Positions 12,185 to 24,340 are shown, counted from the first letter of the stretch. The stretch is DNA of 64,000 nucleotides from Podarcis tiliguerta (GCA_965153285.1 OZ229116.1); one strand, 5' to 3'. Notes: a model not told the origin generated them from the sequence alone. Translations and numbers: made by a program.

Positions 12185-13787
12185 GTAAGAGGGGAAATGT
12201 GATTGTGCATAGCATGTATTGCTGCAGTAGCACGTATTGTTGCAATAATTCCATTTTTAAAAAATCCATAGGGCTTTATGGTCAATTTCATGTTTTCCAG
12301 TTATACTGTTCGCTCTGCTAAATGTTCACCAGACTTCTTTTCTTTTTAAATCATTTATGAGTGGGTCAGCTTATGTACTGGTGTAACACTTTTTCACTTT
12401 AGAGAACTTAAAGTTTGCTTCGGCAAGCTGTCACAAGACAGGGATCCATTTGACCCTAAGAATTCCATGCTTCAACATGAGTGTTGGAACACGCTTTTGG
12501 AAGGAATGCAGGTGCAAGGTAGACAGATCAGACAGCAAACAAGAGAGAAGGAAGTAAGCAGAAATACCAGGTTCCCTATGCAATAATCTGCAGTCAAGCA
12601 TTATATCCAAGCAATGCACACAGCAAACCCCCTTAGTCAGCATATAGGCACAAAATTTTACACTCTAATCAAATGTGCAGTTCTTGGAAATGAATTCCAC
12701 AGAAAGCAATAAGTCTTAACATGTAAGAAAGATGTGTACTGTAGAAAGTCATTTAGAAGATCTGGCATCTCAGTGCTAAACACAAAGGACCTGATCCCAT
12801 GAAGTAAATCCCACAGAAATAAATGGGAATTAAGGATTGTATTTTAAATAGAAGTTCCATTCCATTGACAGTGCAACTGGATTCCAGATTAATGGGTTTG
12901 AAGGCATAGACGAATCTGCAAACTGCAATCCAAAGCTGGAATTTTATGTACAGATACCTAGGAGTAAGTCCCATTGAACTTAATACAAGATGAATGTCAC
13001 TGTGAGCAACAAAAGTTAACCTTAAGACAAATTACACTCTGATTCAAACACTTATCATAGAAAGAATTTCTGATTTTCTTCAATGGTACTAAACACCTTA
13101 AAGTTGCAGTCCTGTGCTTCGTTCAGTAGGGGGAAGCTCCACTGAGGACAGTCAGCCTAATTTCCAAAGAGAATTTGGCTGCATAGCCTTTAAACCCCAC
13201 TAAACTCAGCTGCACTTACTTCTATGAACAATGCCTAGGGCCAGAGTGTAAGTCAAAAATGTTCACAGACTTGAGTAGCTTGTGCATTAATTGCAATCTT
13301 TTATTGATCATGTGCAAGTGAGTCCTCTTGCTACTCCTTGTCCTGCCTCTGTTCCAAGGAAGCAGAGTGCAATGCTGAAGCATTCAATCTGATGGGAATT
13401 CTGCCATTCACACCAATGGCATGTAAACTACAGCCTTGGGCAGCAGTAGGCGTTGCACAGGATACAGTAAATGAATGGAAGGAACATATGAAAATGCTGG
13501 GTGGAGCCCAGCCTGCAGGCACTGGCTGCACCTGCTGAAGCAGAAAGTGTCACTGGCTTGTCATTCAATGCACCATGAATCCTGCAAACTCTGAAAAGTA
13601 TGAAATAATGAATGGACAGCCTGCAGTGTAATGAATGGACCCTTTAATAATATATAGAACCCAAACACCCGTTTTCACAGGCACGGTGTTTTTTTATTCC
13701 TCTGCAAAACTACTTGTCCCATTTATACAGAAAGTTCCTTACTTGAGCTTTAAAACGATTAAACCTCTTTTGTGTATTTCTTTCCAG
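12185..13787 (+). other. SNAI2: SNAI2 intron 2 (1603 nt, GT-AG)
   Basis: gtaaga...tttccag; joining gives the canonical TGEKP zinc-finger linker. Confidence 0.95.
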
Positions 13788-13969
13788 GAGAGAAGCCTTT
13801 TTCGTGCCCTCATTGCAACAGAGCATTTGCAGACAGGTCAAATTTGAGGGCCCACTTGCAGACCCATTCGGATGTGAAGAAATACCAATGCAAAAACTGT
13901 TCAAAAACTTTCTCCCGAATGTCTCTTCTGCACAAACATGAGGAATCTGGCTGCTGTGTAGCTCACTGA
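13788..13969 (+). CDS. SNAI2: SNAI2 coding exon 3: zinc fingers 4-5 and stop
   Basis: tttccag| acceptor, then (G)[62 protein letters not shown]. Exons total 79+546+182 = 807 nt = 268 aa plus stop. Confidence 0.98.
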
Positions 13970-14855
13970 ATTTGCCTGGGCTCTGAACATTTCTCTACTC
14001 CTTTTCAACAGAACAGGAGGAACCCTCAGCCCTGGAGGCAGTTTATATTTTACTTCCCAACTCAACAACTCCACTGGAAGATGCAAATAACATCAAATTG
14101 CTTTTTAGTTCAATTGTTAAGCTTGACAATTGTGTGATACAAAGGAAATCAAAAGATCTTAAATACGGGAAGATGGAAAAGCCAAATGGATGACTTTTTT
14201 TAAAAAAAACAACCTAAAATTTACATTCCAAAACTAAGTTTTGCCAGATACCAAATATCACAGGTGCTTTCCAGTGTCTTCTATATCAAGTCATTATGTG
14301 GTGAATAGGACAGGTTGCTGGTATTTCTTAAATAGTGTGCTTCTTGATCAGCACCCTGAATTGTCTTCAGATGTCATCATTAGAAAAGAACAAGAATGTA
14401 TGTCCAGTTGTCTTAACAGTATGTGCCTTAGTAAAACTGTCACTGCAGACTTTCCTAGGCACATGCTTGATACACACTTCTTTTTTTAAAAAAACTATTG
14501 TGATTGTTAACTTGTGATGTTGTTGTTTTTATAAAAAAAATGGGAATAAGTGCAAGCGTGAGGGTTAATGGGATTTTGACAATGGATTTCTTAAGAGCTT
14601 TTTTTCCTAAATGCACAAAGGAAATGCAATAGCCTGAGCAATACCCTCCAGTGCCTTTTTTTAAAAAAAAGAAAACAAATACCTTTGTTTATTGACATAA
14701 TGTAAATAGTTTTATTTTTATATGGCTGAATGTGTTCTGAATCAAAATATTATCTATAGCCACGCCTATAGATATCTTGAAGAAAGTATGGATACAAATT
14801 GTATTGTTTTCTAGAAATTTTTGTATAAATAAACATTTTTAAGAAATACCTGTGC
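13970..14855 (+). other. SNAI2: SNAI2 3' UTR (end approximate)
   Basis: AT-rich, no recognisable TE, runs from the stop to AATAAA; contains miR-1, miR-124 and Pumilio-type motifs. Confidence 0.7.
14828..14833 (+). terminator. SNAI2: Probable polyadenylation signal AATAAA
   Basis: First AATAAA I found after the stop, preceded by several TGTA motifs (ttgtataAATAAAcattttt). Confidence 0.7.
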
Positions 14856-17159
14856 AATTTCTCCTCCATTAGGAGACCCAGAGTCCCATCTGCACCCACT
14901 TCTCCCCACACACCCCAACACACACATGGACTCTGGTGCTGATTGTCAGTAGGAAAGCATGACAAGTGGGGGTGGGATCTCTGTGTACAGGCTGGAGTCA
15001 GTGTGAACTAGGTCTGTAGGTCTTAATCTCTATGGCTAAGGGCTGATCAAAGAACAGTCTTCAAGACCCTGATAAAAATCCCATCTCTGAAGTTTAACAG
15101 AGTCACACTAGTAACCAGTGAGGATACTATCTTAGAAACGAAATCTTGCACCTCTGGGTTTCCTGGAGAAAATGCAGTAAAATATGAAAATGCAGTAAAC
15201 TATGTAAGTGCCAATCTTGAAATCCGTTCCTCATAATTGTAGCAAACTGATATGAAGTCCTTTGTTAAAAGGACTTTGTTATCTTGATTACAAAAAATAT
15301 TGTTGCATAATTAAGGATAAATAAAAGTATGCCATCTGACTGTACATGGTCTCACTACACACCAAGCGGTCAAAGGACATAACAAGCCAATCTGATGGCT
15401 CCAAATGAACTGTGGATGTAAATGCACATCCAGAAGCACAATTGCATTGACTGATGTGCTTCTGCTTTCTACACTTGGGATTTCCCTTGCTATATCAAAG
15501 CTCAATGGCCCTGAAACTAATTTCTTATTGCGAATGCTTGATTTCATATTAATCAGCAACACCTCCAACCCTTTTTAAAAAGCTTATTTCCAAATTTTTA
15601 AGTGTTCTTTCCATGCAATAAATGCGAAAATTTAAATCAAAATATGGTTGTTGTGATCATCGCTTTGTTAGGCACCTTCCTGAAAGGGACAGTATTTTTG
15701 TAGCCCAATGTGCCTGAAATATGGCAAATAAGCAATTTAAGTGGGATTACAATGGACGCCCAGTAAGATGGAACTGCTCAGTTTCCCCACCAAAAAATGC
15801 TGTTGTAGCAATGATGTAATCACATCTTTAGAGGTGATGACATCCCTCACATCTGCAGATATCTATAGGATCAGGGAGCATGATTACTTTGAATGCAGGT
15901 TCAGTCTGAAGATGATTGAAAGCACCCTCCTCTATTATGCTTGAGACACTCCATGGCCATCAAAAGCATTCTGATTGCGACATGAACAATAATAACAACA
16001 ATAATTCCCATTGTAGTGGCTGGCCTTCCGGATTAAATCATCAGAAAAAATGTAGTGTGGTTCAGCAAAAATAAAGGACCTTTTAAGTCTTGTTGATTTC
16101 AAGCCAAGAGATTTAAACGTGTTTAATTCTCCCATTTTAACCATTAGGACTTTAACCTTAGACACTGTATTTCATTCCCTAGGTGCAAAGACATGCATCT
16201 TTTCGGCGACCCTGTGATCCATATAACAACCCTGCATATCCCTATATTACATACAGAGAGCTGAGCCTGAAAGGTAACCAGATTGCCTGGGACCATGTAG
16301 ATCTCAAAGTTGAACTGGGGCCATCCATCTCATACCTCATGCACTTAGCAGCTCTGCTGTACCTCTGGCAGAGTTGCCATCATTTCCAGTCATTTCCAGG
16401 CCACAAGTTCCAGCAGGCACACAATACTAGCAGTGGTTCCTGCTACTTCAGCACAAGGAAGTGGGTGGCGGAACTTGCTCAAAGGTCCAAGGGGTTCCCA
16501 GGCTCAGTCTATGAGCTAGCATTTCAGCAGAGAACTAGCCAGAGACACTAAACCACAAAGCAGTTGTAAACACTGGATTTTTTTAATTTTATTTTTTAGT
16601 GGCTTGACTTATGTTTTCCAGGATTTGACTCTGTCATTGTGGCATGGTGAATGACACAAGCAAACCCTGTATCAGAAGTGTGAATAACGCTTTTACGTGC
16701 CCTGGATCAAATTACATAGGCATGAGTCAGGCCCGCAGCATCTGCTTTGCAGTCCTAAGAAGAGTTAAAAAGTAGGTCAGTAAAGAAAGCAGATGAGACT
16801 GAACACAAAGCATCTGGTTTCTTCCATGAGATGTCATTTCATTACCATTGCGTTTCAGATCGCATGGTCTTTGTAAGAGGACTCTGCAGCAGGCGGTTGC
16901 AACACCCCCATCTGTTACTATGTACATTAGCAGGTAAGGACAGAAGCAGGATTTTAGTTTTGATCCACAACAAATAAGAATGCAGTACTTAGCATTCCAA
17001 ACAGCGCATCGTAGCTCCGAGAAATAGTGGTTGAAGCCCACAAGCCATTTTCATGGGCATGTGAACCAATTTCATCCCACTGCTGTCCGTGAATCCATGA
17101 CAGTTCAATATGGCTTCACTTGTCCCATAACAATGTTTATTTTCATAAAAATTAATTTA

Positions 17160-17578
17160 AGGACCCTCGTACCTACGGGACCGCCTCTCCTGGTATGCCC
17201 CACAGAGGAACTTACGGTCTTCAAATAAAAACATCTTGAAGGTCCCAGGCCACAGAGAGGTTAGGCTGGCCTCAACTAGAGCCAGGGCTTTTTCGGCTGT
17301 GGCTCCGATCTGGTGGAACGCTCTGTCACAAGAGACTAGGGCCCTGCGGGACTTGACATCTTTCTGCAGGGCCTGCAAGACAGAGCTGTTCCACCAGGCC
17401 TTTGGTCAGGGTGCAGTCTGACTCCCTCCTTTGGCAATCTTTACAAAACTTTAGTTTATGGTTGCCATCAATTTTGATTTTAATTAATTTTTATAATGTT
17501 TTTATAATGTTGCACTATTTTAGTGTTGTTAGCCGCCCTGAGCCCGGCTTCGGCTGGGGAGGGCGGGATATAAATAAA

Positions 17579-17612
<34 letters not shown>
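17160..17612 (+). mobile_element. L2-clade LINE 3' end (family B), 5'-truncated, apparently young
   Basis: Uninterrupted GPSYLRDRLSWYAPQRNLRSSNKNILKVPGHREVRLASTRARAFSAVAPIWWNALSQETRALRDLTSFCRACKTELFHQAFGQGAV*, then 3' UTR, hairpin at 17533-17566 and (TTA)n tail; many CpGs retained. Confidence 0.9.
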
Positions 17613-17614
<2 letters not shown>

Positions 17615-17659
17615 ATATCCCACCAGCAGGAAAGTTGCAACTAGGTTATGGTTTGAGAG

Positions 17660-17815
17660 CACATGAATCCATTGTCTTGCTGAAGATAAGCTGGTTTGGG
17701 CTGGTTAGTTACCTGGATGACAGACCACCTCTGAACCACATGTAAGTTGCCTTGGGTTTGATGATGGATGGAAGAAAGGTAGGATATACAGTAAATGTAA
17801 GAAAATAAATAAAAT
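17660..17815 (+). mobile_element. 5S rRNA-derived SINE (SINE3-like), decayed
   Basis: 17682-17735 GAAGATAAGCTGGTTTGGGCTGGTTAGTTACCTGGATGACAGACCACCT resembles the 5S internal control region GAAGCTAAGCAGGGTCGGGCCTGGTTAGTACTTGGATGGGAGACCGCCT, followed by an L2-like tail and A-rich end. Confidence 0.6.
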
Positions 17816-19691
17816 CAATTAAATACTGTTTGGTATTTCTTGGAGAGCTTCTTCATATGATTTAATCCCACCCCAGTACAAGAAGTAGTGTCCATGAGTG
17901 TAGACCGTCTATTTTCCAGAATTATTTTTAATATCATCTAAGTTTGCCTGGCACTTTGCAGCCAATCAATCATCCACATTAGTCAAGTCTTCCAATATTT
18001 AACATTGTTAAGTGTGACGTGCAGTTAATAAATTGCAAACTAAACAAACACTGATGTTCTAGTTTTATTGTTTGTTAAATAAAACCCTCTCACTGGATTT
18101 TGGACAATGTTGTCATTCAGCCCAGCAAGGGTGGAATGAGGCAGCAGAATATTAAAAGAGCAAATACCCACGAGCAATATGAATTTAGAAGTGTTGCTAG
18201 CATTTGATCCCAAAGGTGAAGAACAGGGAATGCCTTTTATCAGGCCAACTTCTGTTCTGAACTCTTCATTCATCAAGAAGAATGGAAAGCAATTAATTCT
18301 GAGCCGTAAAGAGAACATGTCTGCCTACAAGTACCATTCTGTTAGGATTCTAATCAAAAAATACTGTTACCTCAAATGCACATAATATACATTGTTGGTT
18401 ATTATTAAAATAAAAATCAGTGTGAAGCTACCCAAATTGCTTTAGAAATGTTAGATACTTTGTTGAGCTGCTCTACATGTTGGAGCTAATCACTTTGAAG
18501 TTCTAAGGTTTCCATTCACTTTCTGTTTGTGTCAGCTTTTCCTTTCCATGACAGTTTCTAAACAGTAAACCTGTGTGAAAGTTACAGCATCGACAGATGC
18601 TCAATGTAGCATTGTTTCCTATCTGCTTTGGAGACATTTTGGTTTGCTTCAGTTCACCTGACTCTGCAAAGGCAATTTCCTGCTGCAGTTTGCGTGAACT
18701 TCCAATAAGTTTTTTCTGCCACAGAAAACAGGGGGGAAATGAATGGGCGTGAAGGGGTGGCAGAAAGGATGGTTCACTGTTTTAGCGACATTTCAGTTAC
18801 AACAATAGAACCGCATCCATTTAAATTTAGCCACTAACCCAGAATAGTTAACATACTCTTTAAAAAGTATGCCTACCAATTCCCATGTGGCCATTAGTTT
18901 CCTGTATTTTCAAAGGTGGGGTACATAACATTTTAAAAGAATATGTATGAATGTAGCAGGTGTAGGGACTCCCCATGTCACACCCCATCTCTCTAGGCCA
19001 CATTTATCCAGTCTGGCTTTCCACCCTCCTGAAGTACTTTTGCATTCATCTGGTGCTTTAGCACAGAACAGAGCCAAACTTGCTGCCACTTTGTCCCTCC
19101 CCACTTATCTTCTGTAAGCATCAGCAATGCAACTGACCAGGGGTCAGGCTGTGCCCCACCATGCCACCCGCTGCTGTGTTATGTGTCAAAATTGCCAGTA
19201 CCAATCAGATGGAGCGTTATAGCAGGACAAGGTACACAAGTGGCAGGCAGCTGTCCTTCTGCTACTTGAAGCCCATGACCAAACTGAGAAAATGTTTGAA
19301 TTGATCTTCAAGCCCCTTGAAAAAGCTTTCAGGAATAAGATGACATTAAGTTAATACAATGGCAGTGTTCTGTACACTTTGAAGAATATATTTCCCTCAA
19401 CGTCAGTCAACTGGAGACCTTGTAAACCGAGTTCTGAGGCAAGAATCCTGGAAGATCAGCTCTGGCACAGAAATTTCAGAAACCTGTTTAAAGCACTCAT
19501 GACTTGAAGGACGCCAAGCCGCCCGCAATCCTAAAAGCTGCAGTGCATGACAAGCTCTGCAGTAGCAAAAGACTATGCTGCTGTCTGGATGCTTCCATAA
19601 AGTTGTGGCAAAAGAGGTCAGCAAGGTAGTTGCAGAAAGTGGCAGGAGCTGTTGGAACAAGAGCTTCCCTCCTCCACTCCAAGAACAATTA

Positions 19692-19917
19692 CAGTGGTGC
19701 CTCGGGTTACAAAGACCTTGGGTTACAGACTCCGCTAACCCGGAAGTAGTACCTCAGGTTAAGAACTTTACCTCAGGATGAGAACAGAAATCGCAGCGTG
19801 GCAGTGCGGTGGCAGCGGGAGGCCCCATTAGCTAAAGTGGTACCTCAGGTTAAGAACAGTTTTGGGTTAAGAATGGACCTCCAGAACGAATTAAGGTCAT
19901 AACCAGAGGTACCACAG
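19692..19917. mobile_element. Tc1/mariner (Tigger-like) MITE, copy 2
   Basis: TA|CAGTGGTGCCTCGGGTTA...TAACCAGAGGTACCACAG|TA; colinear with 961-1186. Confidence 0.85.
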
Positions 19918-20059
19918 TACAGGGTCTTTCTGCTTAAGTTAGTCCCAAATAACAGAGATCAGCTGGAGCACAGGCTCCATGTGAGTTCATGTGTGCATGG
20001 GTTGGCCAGCACTGTTCTGGCTAATTCCTCTCAGACAGGACTGGAGACATCAACATCTG

Positions 20060-20245
20060 AGACACGGCTTGGAATGAAGATCTAGTTTGGGCATGCTGAA
20101 AGTGAGACTTTGGTGAGTCAGGCAGGCAAAAAATATTGAAGAGGCAGGTGGAAGCACGGATGTGGGTGAAAGGGGAAAGGTCATGAGGAAAAGAGATGGA
20201 GCTGTTTGTCACCACCAATGAACAGGTGGCAGTGAAGCATGCATG
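20060..20245 (-). mobile_element. Ancient L2 reverse-transcriptase fragment
   Basis: With frameshifts the minus strand reads FHCHLFIGGDKQLHL / DLSPFTHIRASTCLFNI / SLTFSMPKLDL, resembling L2 YHLYADDTQ...ISxCLxDI...LKLNMSKTEL. Confidence 0.55.
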
Positions 20246-21636
20246 CAGCACAGGTCAATGTTGCAAATAAATTTGTGAGCAAATTGAACCATGCCTGTGA
20301 AAGCTTGCAGGGAAAGAGGCATGCTTAAGTGGAAGTGAGCTGTGGTGAAGAAAAAGACAAACGGCCAAAACGCCAAGGTTACCACCAACCGAACTTTATA
20401 CGAAATGTTCATTTCGTTGGTCAGAGTCTGAAAGAATAAACCATCTTCAAGAGAATTTGTCCCCTCTGCCACAATTACATCCCACCAATTTTTTAATTTC
20501 CATTTGTAGCTGCCCTGAATACACTCCCCTCAACTCCACTCAACAGACCTGGAGGGTGAAAGATGCTGTACTATTATAGTAGTAACCATCTTCATCTCCA
20601 TCTCATGCAAAATATGAGAGATATTCTGGCCACAAAATGTTGCGCTTGCATTATTCTAGGAGTTCAGCAGGGAATCTGCTGTTGGCTTACCCTATGTCAG
20701 TACTAGCAGTACTAGGCCTTAAAATATAAGTCAGTTCCTCTCCCAACCTCCACACCTTAAAAGAAAAAAAATCTCTTTTTTGCACTTTAACAATTGCTCA
20801 CAAATAGGAATGTGACATGATGGACGACAGCAGAGAAAGACAAATTTGTGGTGGAACACTAATGCACAAAATGACGAAAGAAGAAAATGTCTTTTTATCT
20901 GTCTGCAATTTTGTTTTCTTCATGACTGCTTTTAGTGAAGAGACCGACTATATGGCGTAACACCTCTGCAATAACTCATCATGACTGCTGTGACCTTTGC
21001 TGCTTCAGCCAGGCTGATTAGCTGCAGATTTCTCTTTTCTAACATCAGCTGACAAGTCAGCCCCTATGATTCTGCTTTGTTATTTTTTGTAAATATATCT
21101 GAATCATACAAGGATCTTTTGTGTTCCCCGTCCCCCTTTCGTGGGGAAAATAGTAAAGCGGGAATGGAAAATTAAAATAAAATATCTTTCACAATTAACC
21201 TTTCACATATTTCTTTCTTTTTTCTAAGCAAGAGATCTGTTGCAGCAGATCCTATTTCCTAGCTGTGATTTGTTTTTCTTTAAAAAAAAGTCTAATTTCT
21301 CAATAGTACTCTCTTTTTTGAAACTATACAAATACTTCTCTTGTAGGCTCTTTCACAGTATAAAGAGCAAGCTATTCCTAAATACCAAGTTGTCAATAGG
21401 GTCACATTATCTGCCAGACAGTAAATAAAAAGTGGGGCCTGGGAGGGGGGAAGTTGCATTATGGCAGAGGCACCAACATGGTGCCCGTGGCACCTGTGAA
21501 GTCTCTGAGCCCCTCTCACTACCCTATTGTTCATGTGTGGTAGAGCTGCCTATCTTTTTCTCCCTTGAAATGCACATAGAGCTGAAAGAGGAAGCTGAAG
21601 CAGTAGCACTCTTCCCCATTTCCTCTTTCAACTACA

Positions 21637-21877
21637 CAGTGGTACCTCGGTTTATGAACATAATCCGTTCCGGAAGTTTGTTCTTAAACCAAAACCGTTC
21701 TTAAACTGAGGCGCGCTTTCCCTAATGAGGCCTCCCACCACCGGTGCCCTTTCACTGTTCAGCTTCCGTTCGTAGACTGAGGTAAAGTTCTCAAACTAAG
21801 ACACTTTTTCTAGTTTTGCGGAGTTTGCAAACCAAATCGTTCTTAAACCAGACTGTTCTTAAACCGAGGTGCCACTG
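21637..21877. mobile_element. Tc1/mariner (Tigger-like) MITE, related subfamily in opposite orientation
   Basis: CAGTGGTACCTCGGTTTA...TAAACCGAGGTGCCACTG|TA; internal ctaatgaggcctccc is the reverse complement of a motif in the other copies. Confidence 0.8.
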
Positions 21878-22564
21878 TATGTGCTTTTCAAGGCTCAAAT
21901 TAATGCTACCAAATCCAGCTTTTACCCATGTCACTTGGAAAAGTGAAGCGTATGTGTGCACTTTCTCTTTCTGTGTCCTAAGGGGCAGAGGGCTGCTCCG
22001 GGGGAAAGGGGGGGGGAATGGTGAGAGGGGTGGAACCCACAGCACTCACTCAAAAATCTAAACGTGCTCACAGGCCTATAAAAGTTAGCAACCTCCTACA
22101 GTACTGAGTGCTCCTGATCAGGGTTCCAGACACGCCACTCCATTGCCCCGCCTTCATTCTGCTATTATTTCCTCACGGAGCATGCTCAGTCCTTTTTGGA
22201 TTGTTTTGGGGATCCCTAAGGGTTTTTCTTAAAGTCTTTTAAACTTCTGCAACCTTGGGGCTCCCCTAATCATTGCAATATTTCTCTTAAAGGTGACAAA
22301 AACACAAAGCAGAGGGGAATAGGCTCTGGTGATCACTGGTACAATGCTTTTTATTAGAGTTCTGTGCCTTTCAGAGCAGAAACTCCTCCTGCAATAGCTC
22401 GAAAAGCTTGCAAGTCCTCAGAATTTAGAGATGCCTCATTCTTAAAATCCAAACCACTCAAAAACTAGGGACTTGAAAAAGTGGTAGAGCAAAGATTCTC
22501 TCTGAATTTTAAGAACTTGCACTAGTGAGCACTGGAGCCTGCTGTCTTTGTTGTTGTTTTTCCT

Positions 22565-22630
22565 TCATAGAATCATAGAATTGTAGAGTTGGAAGAGATC
22601 CTGGGGGTCATCTGGTCCAACCGCCTGCAA
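22565..22630 (-). mobile_element. CR1 3' tail
   Basis: tcatagaatcatagaattgtagagttggaag...gtcatctggtccaacc, i.e. the (ATTCTATG)n CR1 terminus on the minus strand. Confidence 0.75.
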
Positions 22631-22772
22631 AGCAGCCATCTCAAAACTCAGTCCGCCATCCAATTTGAAACCACACCAGACCCTGTTTAGCTTTGAAGTG
22701 TGCTAACAGTTTTACTGCTACACCTTATCCAGTATAAGGATTATAGTCAGAGAACTGAGATCACCATAAGTA

Positions 22773-23013
22773 CTGTGGTACCTCGAGTTACAAACGCCTC
22801 AGGTTACAAATGCTTCAGGTTACAAACTCCGCTAACCTGGAAGAGTTACCTCGAGTTCAGAACTTTGCCCCAGGATGAGAACAGAAATCGTGCGCTGGCG
22901 GCACAGCAGAAGCAAGAGGCCCCATTAGCGAAAGCACGCCTCAGGTTAAGAACAGTTTGAGGTTAAGAACGGACCTCCGGAACGAATTAAGTTCGTAACT
23001 TGAGGTACCACTG
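22773..23013. mobile_element. Tc1/mariner (Tigger-like) MITE, copy 4
   Basis: TA|CTGTGGTACCTCGAGTTA...TAACTTGAGGTACCACTG|TA. Confidence 0.85.
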
Positions 23014-23308
23014 TATGTACAAGTAGTGACCCACAACAAAATGTTGCAGGATATCCCTGTGTGATACCTAAGCCTGTGGCTAAAGGAGTTGAAAAATCAA
23101 GTTGGTATCAAAGACCAGAAAGTAAGAGGATTAGATTGTGTGTGTGATACTACATGTAGTGGAGGATTGTCTACACATAGATGCCACAGATGCACAGGAC
23201 ACCAATGGGCAATTTTCACCCCAAAGCAAATACTAATTTTAGAAAATGAATTTTCCTCAGGACCACAGCAAGGGAAGCAGGATTTACCTTACCCCTCCCC
23301 CATGCTAC

Positions 23309-23509
23309 CAGTGGCAGAGCTTCATACTCGGGCACCGGGGGGCGGAGAGCAGGTGGGGGCGGTCCTGGCACGCATCCTGGGGGTGGGGCATGCCGCCTGC
23401 AGAGGCATGGCACCCAGCGCAGTCAGGGGGGCAGCTGCAATGGCACCCCACCGGGATCACGCTGCCGCAGGTGGTGCACTCCCCCTGCACTCCTCTTCCT
23501 CAGCCAGTG
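23309..23509. mobile_element. GC-rich non-autonomous hAT element
   Basis: Ends CAGTGGCAGAG...CTCAGCCAGTG; perfect 8-bp TSD CATGCTAC at 23301-23308 and 23510-23517. Confidence 0.85.
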
Positions 23510-23559
23510 CATGCTACTCTGTTCTGCATTTGGATCATTAGTTGGATCCACCATCTGGC

Positions 23560-23747
23560 TCATGGTGACTATGCTGTGCTTCCATGGGTGAAGGCAACAG
23601 TGCTTCTGAATACCAGCTGCTGGAAATCACAGGAAGGGAGTGCGCTCTTGTGCTTTGTGGGTTTCCCAGTCACCTGGTTGGCCCCTGGGAGAACAGGATG
23701 CTGGACTTAGGTGGGCTAGTAGCCTATTCCAGCAGGCTCTTCTTATG
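23560..23747 (+). mobile_element. CR1-like LINE 3' end (TTCTTATG-tailed family)
   Basis: gagaacaggatgctggact...ccagcaggctcttcttatg; homologous to copies at 32217, 38310 and 51271. Confidence 0.7.
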
Positions 23748-23751
23748 ATGA

Positions 23752-24096
23752 CATACTCCCCAACATTTATCCGATGAAAATAGGGACATCCCATTTCTTA
23801 ATTATAATTTTACTATTTATCCCCCACACATCTTATTGGATTGCCCCAGCACTCTGGGCAGCTTCCAACATATATAAAGACATAATAAAACATTAAACAT
23901 TTTTTTAAAAAACTGCCCTATACAGGATTGCCTTCAGAGGGCTTGGGGGTTGGATAACTGCATATCCTCCAGCATTTATCTGAATAAAATAGAGACATCC
24001 TAAGGAAAAGTGGGATATTCTAGGATCAAATCAGCAACTGGAACAGCTTCTCTAAATCAGAGAAGTCCCTGGAAAATAGGGACACTTGGAAGGTGG
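23752..24096. mobile_element. Composite non-autonomous DNA-transposon-like repeat carrying an L2 3' fragment
   Basis: Imperfect 40-bp direct repeat (23752-23791, 23961-24000) brackets an inverted L2 family-A tail; right end ttggaaggtg is roughly complementary to the left end. Confidence 0.55.
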
Positions 24097-24340
24097 TGAT
24101 TATAAGTCCCACTCAAGATGCAATTTGGATTTAAAATAAATATAAAAATCTACTCATTAGATGCAAAGAGACATTTGACATCACATGCAGTTTCACATTA
24201 GTGCACCACTGAACTTACTCTTTAGGCATAAAATCCACCAGGAAGGCATAAGACCAACTGTGTATAAGACGAACTGAACTGAATGGACGCTGTGCAACAG
24301 CTGCTTCTTGCTCTTTGCAGCTCCCATTTGTTGCAATGAG

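Noticed and set aside
11560-12321. 253-aa ORF as a single-exon gene or intron-retention isoform with a Cys-rich tail
   Set aside because: It is exon 2 plus in-frame intron flanks; canonical splice sites give the expected 268-aa SNAI2 and nothing supports retention.
14195-14670. Repeated T-run/A-run mini-palindromes in the 3' UTR
   Set aside because: The same low-complexity pattern occurs across the window (e.g. near 8960, 21278, 57452), so it is not UTR-specific.
23089-23710. Overlapping 150-154 aa ORFs
   Set aside because: Explained by the stop-poor, GC-rich hAT element and the adjacent CR1-like tail.
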